Source of the DNA: Dimorphilus gyrociliatus
Taxonomy: Eukaryota > Animalia > Annelida
Reading direction: 5' to 3'
Length of the DNA: 64,000 bases
NCBI GenBank assembly: GCA_904063045.1
Contig: CAJFCJ010000013.1
Coordinates: 1,098,156-1,162,155 of the forward strand
Under the pieces are notes generated by a model. It was given only the letters and a program-made list of their open reading frames with translations, made no database searches and was not told the origin of the DNA. This document shows, piece by piece, positions 11,106 through 23,314 of this stretch. Within the stretch, counting starts at the first letter, position 1, and every line of letters begins with the position of its first letter. The translations under genes and the position numbers were made by a program.

Positions 11106-14100
11106 ATGGATATGTACCTTATGGACTCCGTCAAGCCATCTGGACTGATGGAGAATGGATTGAGTGATATTGAAGGAGAAGATCTGTTTGAGTGCGTTGA
11201 TGAGGTAAGGGAAATCTTCTGATTAAACCATGATAAACAACCACGCCCGTTTAGATAAATCGTGCCTCTTTCTAAGTTTAAAAGTCCATATGGGAAGCGA
11301 AAAACTACTCTAGTCGCACGTGCAGTCTCTTACTATAAGTCCATATGTTGCTTTGAATTAGGAAAATTTTCAGATAAAACAAGACTAAATTAAAAATTTT
11401 ATACAGTCTATGTGCATTTTTGGAATGTAGATAATGCCCCAGTGTGAATAGAACCGACGCGACGCGACTAGGCTATTGTTGAATAGAATGTTTAAGTGGG
11501 CTCATTGTTGGAAAACGGGCGTGGTTGCGTCGCTTTGAAGGTAGATTCTGTAAAAGGATTCACTTGGTAGTGGTAGTTTATACTTAGGTCTTAGCGGCTT
11601 TTTGTCGTTATATGAACAAATTTACACGTGTTTGCAAGTGTTTTCATTATCAACATAAACTCAAACCTAACTACCATTTATACTAAATAGTTTTTTTAAA
11701 GCTGTGTCGGGACATGTCTACTGGAAGAGTACTCATTTTAGTTATACAATACATATTTTAAGCATGTTTTAACTTGTTAACTAGGATTTAAGAATATAGT
11801 TATATATTTTGTAAAAAAAATCGATAGATTGGATAAAATTGATTAGTAAGGAAAAAATTAATATGAATATACTCGATTTTTTCCTCTTCAGACAACCAAC
11901 GGCATATGCAATCAACTGGAATTGGGTTTAGATTGTTCAACTAGTGAAGAGTATTTCGATAACTTCTTGTTGAACGACCCTATGATTTCTGAATCGGCTG
12001 AATTACCAAGAGTTAAGGATGAGCACAGCTACTGCTCATCATCAACTAGCTCAAACAGCTCAAGTACTTCAACTATGGATACATTGGACTTTATTAAGAA
12101 AGAACCGAACTCGGACTCGGATGAGGAATTGGATGTGACGTCTACCGTCGGAACGACTAACGAGTTGCTCCAGACGCAAACTTCACAGCCTACTTTTGTT
12201 TTTCGCGCTTCGCCAACTTCGAAGCAATTATTGTTGTCTAGCACATCGGTTAAATCCGAATTGGGTAATGGTGTAGTTAGTAAGTACTAAATATAACCTT
12301 GACCATAGACTTGCTCCTGTTACGTAACTAATTTTTTTCTCCAAAACTAGACATTGATATGCCACCAACGCCACCTAGCGATGACTGTGGTGATAGCAGC
12401 ACGACGTCGAGCCCGGGTTCGACTACGTCTACTTTAAGTGTGAAGCACCAAGTAACTACACCAACTCTAAGACAAACGCCTTTACAAAGGCAGCAGGCTA
12501 TTCGTCACCAACATCATCACATACAGACATCGCCTTACAACGTGAACCAACCTCTTTTCGTGAGTCCGGTGAGTAATATTTTTTAATAAATCGATCAAAC
12601 CACCGATTATTATCATTAAAATATATTGATAACTTATCATTGTATCGGTAAAGTGTCTGGAAGAATAACATGTCTGTACGTGCGACGGTACAGATGTTGA
12701 ACGCCTATAAACTATCTTTAACCAAAAAAAAGTGACAGGAAACCCAAAAATTTTTTATTAAAATATGTAGCTTTGTGATAGTATACATCTGTCGTAGCGC
12801 TTATTTTTCCGGATATAAAATTTTCTCGAACGTGAATTGTTAGTTGGAAATTAGTATTCTTAAAACTTACATTCATAAAGTTTTTATAATTTGATTGCAA
12901 ACATATGCAGCGTTGCCTAGAGTGTGTTTAGAATTGATTAATTATATGTCGATGAAATTCAGTTACAGTGACCGACTTAGCATAATCCTATGGCTGTTCT
13001 GTTTTATTCAATTTTTTAAAAAAAGATATTGAACATTTTGTACTATGAACATTCGTAGAAGCCATTTAATGTAATAATCGGTTTTCAGCATTTTTCCCAT
13101 GATATGCTTAAACTATGAATTTCTTATATGAAAGAACTATAGCTAGTAGTTATATAGAATATTTATAAAAGGTGAGGGGGCGCCATCTTATAGATTTTGT
13201 ATAAAAAATTTATTAAGTGCGCAGATCATGAAAAGAATATTGTTAGTGAACTACTTTTTGACAATTTATTGAAAAATTTATTAACCAACAGATTCCTACC
13301 TCTGGAGTTTTGGTACTTACTGAGGAAGAAAAGAGAACATTAATTTCGGAGGGATATCCCATTCCCAGTAAACTTCCTCTATCTAAACAGGAAGAAAAGA
13401 ACTTGAAAAAAATCAGGAGAAAGATTAAGAATAAAATTTCTGCCCAAGAGTCAAGACGGAAAAAGAAGGAATATGTGGAAAGTTTGGAAAAACGCATGGA
13501 AGCTTTCGTACAGGAGAATAACGATCTGAGAAGAAAGATGGAACAACTAGAGAATCATAATAGATCCTTGCTTGTGAAAGTTCAATCGTTACTATCTAAG
13601 GGTGCTGCGACGCATACTGCTGGTACTTGCGTTATGGTTAGCGCTCATCTTTTATGTTAAAAATACAAATTAAACAGCTGATCTTTTCCGTCGTACGCTT
13701 TTCCAGGTATTGGTTCTTTGCTTTGCTGTATTCCTCGGTAGCTTCTCATCGGTGAAAACGGTTTGGGGCGTCGGCTACGGCAAAGAAGTACCCAAATCGT
13801 TGTCTGGTTCGCCGATCTCCAGCTTATCCGCGGCTGCGGGAGGTGGAGGGCTAGGAATTAATTGGGGTTACGAGTTTTCCGAAAAGCATTTACATTATTG
13901 CCTCGCGTCTTCACCATTTGGTGTTGGTGAGCTTCATCCTTTAAATAATTTTAACCACTCTTAGCTGTTCTCTTTTCCCTAACTATTTGTTTTTCAATAA
14001 ATCTCATACAATAAATACGTTATAGGAGGACGTGGAAGGTTACTAATGTCACCTAAGGATGATTCGTTGGATGAAAATTTTGACGATGATTTTACTGCTT

Positions 14101-14240
14101 CTCACGTTACCACATACAAGGAATTGTTTTTGAAAATATTTAACGCTCAAGCTCATCTGGCGGATGGAACGCGAATGTCGACTTCTAAAACGAGCGTTAT
14201 CATGGCAGCGTCAAACGTAACCCATTCAGTGCCTAATTGA
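11106..14240 (+). CDS. CREB3L2: Membrane-bound bZIP transcription factor, CREB3L1/CREB3L2 (OASIS/BBF2H7/CrebA) type
   Basis: Exons 11106-11204, 11892-12279, 12351-12568, 13292-13636, 13707-13926, 14026-14240. Motifs: MPPTPPS; [55 protein letters not shown] (bZIP); TM segment [17 protein letters not shown]; luminal RGRLL matching the S1P RxxL site. L1 versus L2 orthology cannot be resolved by eye. Confidence 0.92.
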
Positions 14241-14833
14241 CTGCTGATGCGTTTTTTAATGTAAAAAAAAAAAAAAATTGTTGAATTATTGTGAATTTTC
14301 AAAATTTAATTAGATGTAAAGTGTAAAGAATTAAATTTTGTTGGTTAATTGTAAAATTGTTTCCATTGTGGACCAATCTAACGGGAATATAACAATTTCA
14401 CTTTGGTTTGGGCTAGTCATTTTATTCAATAAACTTCAGTAGGTAATTTTAAACTCACCTTACTGTTGTTACATACGACATTCACGCAAATTTACGACAC
14501 ACGATGACATTTCAAAATTGGCGCTATTTAAGGATGTTGAAATTTTGTTAATATTCGAATAACCAATCAGAAATTTGCATCTGAACAGCTGACACGAATG
14601 TCAAGGTTGTGATCTTCTCTTCACTAACAGGTCGCGTTGAACACGTTAAACGTTATTCGTCGTCAACTAACTAAAGATACTGTAAGTAGATATTTTGGGC
14701 ATTTAATAAGTTAGCCATATTGGAGACAGTCTCCTTAGACGTTAATATAAATTATTTTCGGAATCGTGTAGCCGTAGGCAGATTTTTACGTCTTAAACTA
14801 GTTTCTAGACTCTTTGACATTGTAGAAAGAACA

Positions 14834-16450
14834 ATGCCTCGTTGTGGAGTCTACCTACCAAAAGAAAAGCAAGATGAACTTCGTAAGGTCGCCGAAGCTA
14901 TTGTGGCACCTGGAAAGGGAATTTTGGCTGCTGATGAGTCAACTGGAACTATGGGTAAACGCTTTTCCAACATCCAATTAGCGAACGAAGAAGAAAACCG
15001 TCGTCAATACAGACAACTGCTCTTTTCAACAAAACCTGAGCTTTTGTCCCAACATATATCTGGTGTTATTTTGTTCCACGAAACATTCTATCAAAAAGAC
15101 GACAACGGAACCCCCTTCCCCGATGTTCTCCAAAAACACGGCATCATCCCAGGCATTAAGGTCGATAAGGGCGTTGTTCCCCTTAGTGGATCCGACGGTG
15201 AAGTTACAACTCAAGGTCAGATACTAATTTCACAAGGTCATTTGAAAAATTTACAACTGTCTTATCACAGGTCTGGATGGCCTTGCTGAACGCTGCCAAG
15301 AGTATAGAAAAGGCGGTGCCCGATTCGCTAAATGGCGTTGCACTTTGAAGATCAGCTCTCACAATCCTTCTTATTTAGCTATGCTAGAAAATGCCAATGT
15401 TCTAGCACGCTATGCTAGCATTTGCCAACAGGTAAAGCAACAGATTTTCAGACAAAATCGATTGATTAACTGAAAAAGCTTAAATCTAAAAAAGAGAAGC
15501 ATAAAAATACGTTTTAAAATACCAAAAGTTTCTGACACTTGTAAATGGTTTTTTTTCTTCCTCTCTCCTTTTAAATTATCAATAGGTTTAACGGACAAAG
15601 AAAATAAGCAAGCAATCATTAATAGAAAGAAGGTTGAAAAAAGAGAATAGCACACTCTATTCTCGTTGTTGTTTAATTGTCTTTGAGTGTGACTTCCTTA
15701 GTTTATCAACTTTTTTTAACAATACCTAGTACTCTCCATACAAATACTTTTAAATTTCGTTTAGTTTGCAGTTTAGAGATCTGCAATTAGCTTGGTTTTT
15801 TTTTTGTAGTAGATTGTTAGTGTTATCGATTTGTTTTGTTTTTTTTTTAATTATTGATACTCAGTTTTATTTATGAAATTATTTTTATTCATAAATAGAA
15901 TGGATTAGTTCCGATTGTTGAACCGGAAGTTATGTCGGATGGAGATCACGACCTGGAAGCTTGTCAAAAGATAACCGAACAGGTTTTGTCGTTTGTTTAT
16001 AAGGCTTTGGCGGATCATCATGTTTACTTAGAAGGATCCCTGTTGAAACCCAATATGGTTGTTGCTGGACAATCATGCACAAAGAAATACACTCCTGAAC
16101 AAGTTGCGGATGCAACTGTTACCACTTTGCAGAGAACTGTGCCAGCTGCAGTTCCTGGTATATGTTTCTTGTCTGGAGGTCAGAGTGAACAAGAAGCTTC
16201 GCTTAATTTGAGCGCAATCAATGCTCATGCTGGAAAGAAGCCTTGGGGATTAACCTTTTCTTACGGAAGAGCCCTACAAGCTTCAGTTCTCAAAGCATGG
16301 CAAGGAAAGAAAGAAAATTTGGCAAAGGGACAAGAAGAATTGTTGAAAAGAGCAAAAGCTAACGGTTTAGCTGCTTTGGGAAAATACGACGGATCAATCG
16401 AAAGTGCCGCTAGCGGAAGTTCTTTATTCGTTGCTAATCACCAATATTAA
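14834..16450 (+). CDS. ALDO: Class I fructose-bisphosphate aldolase
   Basis: Exons 14834-15215, 15271-15431, 15899-16450. Motifs: [71 protein letters not shown]-terminal Tyr (NHQY*). Confidence 0.98.
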
Positions 16451-16829
16451 AACGAGATAGGGTTGATTATGTTCAAGGCAGTATGTTATTTCTATCATAC
16501 TGTTCGAAAGATATGTCGACTATGAATATAGTTTAAATAATAAATTAAAAGAACAAAAATGAATCTATATTCCAAACATAGTTTATTATATAAATGTGTT
16601 AGGAGCAAATCATTATTTAAATAACAAGTTAAATATTAATTGTTGAAAAAATTTTTATTTATACGATGCGCTAATTTAATGTTTTTGTATAAACACTGTA
16701 TATATACTCAGTTTGCAGTAGTAGACTGATTGGCGACTGTATATACAGTATATACAGTATACTGTATATTTTTAGACATACATTAGCTATTTACAATTGA
16801 TTTTTAAGTTTATATGAGGGCTAGTTATG

Positions 16830-17905
<1,076 letters not shown>

Positions 17906-18289
17906 CACGGATGTTTACTTTAGAAAATTTAATAGATAAATGATGTCATATGAATAACATCTATAATGTCTTGATGCATTTATCAGTGCATTAATTAGCG
18001 AAGATAATGAGAAGAATAGATACAAGTTCATTAGCTTTGATAAGCCGGATAATAGTGACGTTTGATAATAAAGTTGTTTAGAGAATAAGTAGGGTACTCT
18101 ACCTAATTTATAAACATATCTTTGTTATCGCTTTTTTAATTATTAATGCGGAGTTGTCTAAAAAAATGTCAAGTCATAATTTATTTCAAAATGATTTACG
18201 TTTTATACGATTTGTATTTAAAGAATTTCATATTCATGAAAACCACTGTGCATTTTTTGGACATTGGCTATTCATTTTGTAAGTACTTT

Positions 18290-18777
18290 TTAATGTCCAT
18301 CTTCTTCAAATCCGTCTGGGAGGGCATTAACATGCGAGTTGTGGAAAAGAGAGTGATTTCCATCTCCCCATGGAAATTTCTGAAATAAAATTCAATTGAT
18401 AAATTCGAATTTTATAGTAAAGAACATGTGCCTTTGAATTGTCTAATAATTTACCTTAGTACGGATTCTCAGATGTTCATAAGGTTTAAATTCTGGACGA
18501 GGAGCATTATGAACTTCTTCCTCTTTCAATTGGGCATTAAGATAACAAACTCCAACGCCGGGCAGGGCAACAACTAATGATAGAAATCTCCAGTTTCTCA
18601 TACCTTGTGAAAATCATAATTTTATAAGATACTTAATTTGTAAATAACGATAAAATTATAATAATCGGCTCAAGTAAATTCACCTCCATGTTCTGCCACT
18701 GCAGAGGGGCCGCTGCTAGACGCAAAACGTCTTACAAGAACATTTCCAAGTCCGGATCGTACAATTTTGGACGCCAT
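18290..18777 (-). CDS. COX6A: Cytochrome c oxidase subunit 6A, mitochondrial
   Basis: Exons 18684-18777, 18455-18603, 18290-18379 give [21 protein letters not shown]...[19 protein letters not shown]...[35 protein letters not shown]. Not in the ORF track because the exons are short. Confidence 0.96.
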
Positions 18778-18987
18778 GTTTATTTCACATTCAATGACAT
18801 TGAAAATACAGAAAAGTAACATACGTGCGAAAACTGGTAAAGATTGTTTTTCGCGCCATTTTTTTAAATATTTGTATTTTACGGAAATATTAAAATGAAC
18901 TAAATGAATATATTGAATGATTTGTTTGAGTTAATTACTTATTTTTACATTTGATTGTTGTATTCGTAAATAAATATATGGACAAGT

Positions 18988-21363
18988 TTATTCTTCAACG
19001 TATCTAAAAATCTTTACTCCGCCCGTTGCTTCTCCAACGAAAACATGACCAAAACTATCAACGGTAACCGCTCTTGGTTGATTTACTTCGTTTGGTGTAA
19101 GAAGAATCCGACAATTAGTTCCATCCGCCGACAATAGTAAAACTAAATTTCTAGTACGATCTGCAATCAGAATATTACCAAACTTATCGCAAGCTATACC
19201 AGAAGGTGATAAATTTCTATCCGTATATTCCCAAAATCTGCCTCCCTTATCGTCTATAACGGTAACAGAGCCTTTAGAATTATCGCTAACGATAATAAAT
19301 TTATTTCCAGGTGAAGTTGCAACGTATACCGGCCAATTAAACACTGTTTTTAGCCTACTACATTTATCATTCCGAATAACGCAGACTTGTTTGTCATCGG
19401 TTACAATAAAACTGTCATTGTTTAAAACGGCAAGTCCTAAGGGACAGGTAAAACCGTGAAGAGTTTTTATTAATTTCCTATCCCTGTCATATACTAAAAC
19501 GACATTTTTTGCTTTATCAGTGACCAAATACCCCGATGAAATGGCACATACATCCCAAGGATCTACTGGAGGTGGCGTAAATTTTAACGTTTCGCCAGTT
19601 TCAATAGAAATTGATATAAGACGTCCCCTCGATGCGTCAACAATTACTAGTTGAAGATCTGAAGATACCGTAAGGCCACTAATATTTGTATCACTCTCGA
19701 GTGACCATTCCAATTTAGGTCTTTTCAAGAAGTTGTTTGCCTTATAGTCGGCATTAGATGGGATTAAGTCGTGTTTATCCTCAACTACATTACTCTCTAT
19801 CTGACCTATTGTATCTTCCAAAAATGTTACTGGATCGAAATGACTTTGTTTAAATTCAAGGCGCTTTTTGGGAGGGGAGAACCTTACATCTTCAATTGAT
19901 AAGAGATATGAGAGACGTTCATTTACCAGCCGTTTATTCTCAATTACATCTGTATCTCTACCAAATTTTATAAGAATATCATTAAGATCTTCTATATAGA
20001 TCAATTTATCGGAGAAACTTGTCAACTTTTCTTCAAATTCTGTAAGGCAATTTAATTCAAGATCTGCCAAACTATCGCACTTAACCAACAACTTATCGCA
20101 TTCTAAATTGATACTTTTACATAGGATCTCGCATCTATTTCTAATAGCTAATCTACTAGCCAAATGTGAATTATTTAGCAGAAGTTTCTCCTCCCTAATC
20201 CTATTTAAGCCATCTTGAACGTTGTCTACATTACTAATAATGATATTTTGTAAATGCCCCAGTGATTTACGTAGATAATCGGCTTTAGATTTAATTGGTT
20301 CGCAACGATGGGACAAATGACGATTTAGGCGGCAATCAGCACATACACAGATGGCGCAGGTATCGCAATAAAATCTTAAATGCTCTCCGCTGTGCTTTAA
20401 GCATTCAACTGGCCTCCTTAAGTGACCCATTCTAATCGATTCTTCATTCAATTCAAAAGCCTTTACGACGATATGTGTTTTGGTTTGCTTTGTGACTCGA
20501 TGAGCTTCTGTACAATCGTCGCAAAGGAAATGATAACAATTGCTACAGCGTTGCTTAGCCTGTTTACCTTCTTCACAATTGTCGCATAGCTGACTCGATA
20601 TATTCGTCAACCTTCCCAATTGACTAAGGCCATCGGCGAAAGAGCTTTTCTCCATTGGTTCTATCAAATCAGTACAAATGGGACAATTATGAGTCTTATT
20701 TCCAACAGTGCAAATTGAACAGGCGAAATGAAGGCAAGCAAACACTTTGGCAGCATGTAGACTCCCCTTACAAAATACACAACTTGCCAATAACGAAATC
20801 TTTCCTAATTTCCCTTTGTTAAGGTTATCTCCATTAGTCGATTGTTTACTCTTTTCTCTATCATTTCTGTCAACTCTTTCATCCAATTCTTCATCCACGA
20901 CCGGAGAATCCTGACTTACAGCTCCCTCTTCAGATTCGTTTGTTCTCAAAGACCATCTTTTTTTTCTAACAAACTTTAAACTTGGAATTCTAGAAAATAC
21001 TGGAACCGAATTTGATCTAGGTAGACGCTGAGATTGTCTATTTTCGGATAATCCATCAAAGGTCATTGAAAATTTCTCCCCAACCATACCTCGTAAACTA
21101 TGGTCATTTTCTTCATCTTTCTCGATTTCCGTTGAAGAGCAAGCTTCCTTATTCGGTTTTTCATCGTCATTTTCACGTAAAGTTTCTTCCTCTTTTAAAC
21201 TGCTAGCGAAATTTTGGCTCAAATGGGGAGGTGGCTCGAAATTTATCTCCGATACTAGATTTAGGTTTTTATCCGATTTATTATCGTTCGACTCCTCTTC
21301 CCCTTCGTTCGGTGAATTGTAGTGAATCTCAGCTGTTGTAATATACAAGCTGTCGTCACTCAT
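18988..21363 (-). CDS. TRIM-NHL-type E3 ubiquitin ligase (RING, two B-boxes, coiled coil, NHL-like propeller); single coding exon
   Basis: 791-aa ORF. C3HC4 RING (CVFC...CLHFACSIC...CPIC); B-boxes (CDNC...CSNCYHFLCDDCTEAH; CLKH...CDTCAICVCADC...H...H); NHL-like repeats (PLGLAV, PVYVAT, PSGIACDKFGNILIAD, PRAVTVDSFGHVFV). Confidence 0.9.
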   Translation of the reverse strand: MSDDSLYITTAEIHYNSPNEGEEESNDNKSDKNLNLVSEINFEPPPHLSQNFASSLKEEETLRENDDEKPNKEACSSTEIEKDEENDHSLRGMVGEKFSMTFDGLSENRQSQRLPRSNSVPVFSRIPSLKFVRKKRWSLRTNESEEGAVSQDSPVVDEELDERVDRNDREKSKQSTNGDNLNKGKLGKISLLASCVFCKGSLHAAKVFACLHFACSICTVGNKTHNCPICTDLIEPMEKSSFADGLSQLGRLTNISSQLCDNCEEGKQAKQRCSNCYHFLCDDCTEAHRVTKQTKTHIVVKAFELNEESIRMGHLRRPVECLKHSGEHLRFYCDTCAICVCADCRLNRHLSHRCEPIKSKADYLRKSLGHLQNIIISNVDNVQDGLNRIREEKLLLNNSHLASRLAIRNRCEILCKSINLECDKLLVKCDSLADLELNCLTEFEEKLTSFSDKLIYIEDLNDILIKFGRDTDVIENKRLVNERLSYLLSIEDVRFSPPKKRLEFKQSHFDPVTFLEDTIGQIESNVVEDKHDLIPSNADYKANNFLKRPKLEWSLESDTNISGLTVSSDLQLVIVDASRGRLISISIETGETLKFTPPPVDPWDVCAISSGYLVTDKAKNVVLVYDRDRKLIKTLHGFTCPLGLAVLNNDSFIVTDDKQVCVIRNDKCSRLKTVFNWPVYVATSPGNKFIIVSDNSKGSVTVIDDKGGRFWEYTDRNLSPSGIACDKFGNILIADRTRNLVLLLSADGTNCRILLTPNEVNQPRAVTVDSFGHVFVGEATGGVKIFRYVEE

Positions 21364-22360
21364 TGTACAAAAAGTTATATATTTAATGTCAATAGGTATA
21401 CTCTTTGTTAAATAACATTAATAATAAGTTGGTACACGGCTATTTAAACCCTTTTATAAATTGGATATCCTATTACTTAAATAAAACTATACTTACGGTT
21501 AATCTTTCAATTATCATCCATTTTTCAAACTACAAGGAAATCATACAGAAGCCTTATTAAATTGATCAGAAAGGTGCCATAAGTCTCTCTATGTAAACAC
21601 AGGGGGAAATCTGCCCACCTATGATGTTTACAACATGCATAGCAACGGCGTGGCGCCCTCAACACTTCACTTTAATTATCACTTTTAAGCGTTAATTTAT
21701 ATGATTATTATATCTTTAGAGAAATTTTGCAACAGTAAATGATAATTTCTATTTGAGATTTAGACATTTTACTGGAATACATCACTCGGATTTTTGTAAT
21801 TTGAAGGTGAATTAAGTAATTTGAATGCTATAATGGTTTATACTATCTATTTTTGTATTTTTCTGTCTATCATTTTTACATTTTGCTCTCTTATTTCTAA
21901 TATTTATAACTATATAAAAATTGTAATAGTAATGATAAAAACATAAACAATATAGTTATTGTTTTGTTTTTTTTTTGTCAATTAAAGATATCTTTATTTT
22001 GGTTGAGATCCATTTAGTAGACTATAAAAATTTTATATTATTCTTTTGATATAATCCTTCATATATATATATATATATTGTATTACAGTCGGCCGTATAA
22101 TTTTTTTCACGTTATCGCAGATAGTAATCATTTGTTACGTATACTATATAATTTCTCTAATTACATTGATCTGTACCCAGTTTTCTCGTTTTACCTTACC
22201 TCTACGATAGCCCAGTATCGAAGCGAATCGATTGCACAAATAAATCGGCATTTGAAAAAGTATTTTATTGATGAAGGTGCTCATTAATATTAACAACCAT
22301 AACTCACTTTGTTATATCGTAACTCGAAAAAATCAACTATTTATATCTTCTGAACCAATC

Positions 22361-22435
22361 CCTCTCTTCCTTCCTTCCTTCTCTCTCTCTCTTTCTCTTT
22401 CTTTCTCTTTCTTTTCTCTCTCTCTCTCTCTCTTT
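22361..22435. repeat. (CT)n/(CTTT)n polypyrimidine microsatellite
   Basis: Directly visible tandem CT, CCTT and CTTT units. Confidence 0.9.
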
Positions 22436-22601
22436 ATAAATATTGAACAATCGATGTCAATGGTTTTCATTAATTGAAAAAACGTCTAGGCCTACGCAGG
22501 GATTTTTTTCTTTCTCATTATGAAAGGTTTCATCGTGCTTCTATTCATAAACATTAAATTTATATATTTTTATTTTGTTTTTATCAACGAAGAGTATACT
22601 A

Positions 22602-22615
22602 ATTACTATAGCAAC
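22602..22615. promoter_or_regulatory. Candidate RFX X-box upstream of the ciliary DCX-PLAT gene
   Basis: ATTACTATAGCAAC matches the relaxed X-box consensus RYYNYYATRRNRAC, ~700 bp upstream of the ATG at 23315. Confidence 0.35.
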
Positions 22616-23314
22616 TGAAAAAAAAATCCGAATAGCTATAGCTTTACTATACCTTTTATTTGCTTAACAACCAAAACAAACTACGTTACTATATATGTTG
22701 TATAGAAATATGTAGAGTATATATACTAATATATATATATATATATATATATTTTATATTTCAATAGACAATATATATATATTTATATACTATTATTATC
22801 TATTAATCCTTTGTAGGCCTATCGTAATTTTTTTATAAATATTCGAGGAAATTCGACCCTATAAATGCAACGGTTAAATAAGAAAATAAGTTAAAAATTA
22901 ATAATTTTCTCGCTCTACTCTATAATTCTGTCATCGAAAGGCGGAATCGATTAATATTATTATCAGCTGGCTGGTTGTTCGGCAGCGTTTCATTTTTTTG
23001 TTTACGTAAACAGTTATTAAACGCATAAAAAGATACTTAGAAATGAATATTATGAATGTAGGACAGTTGTTAGTCCTTATTCACTACTCAGGAACAAAGG
23101 GGTAAAAAAGTAGACAGGAATGATTGACTGGACGTATAAACGTAACGATTAAAACAAAGAATATAGGATATACAGTTAGACAGTAAGATATAGACTATTT
23201 GAAATGTATATAATATTACAACCGTATGGTTTATAAAACCTAGACTGACATACTTTGTCGTAAGGGTTAACTTTAATATTCATTTGTTCAATATTTTAGA
23301 TGAACGTTTAAATT

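Noticed and set aside
14720-14833. N-terminal extension of aldolase in the ORF track (TTG start)
   Set aside because: Lies in the 5' UTR intron/leader (donor gtaagt near 14683); family homology starts at ATG 14834.
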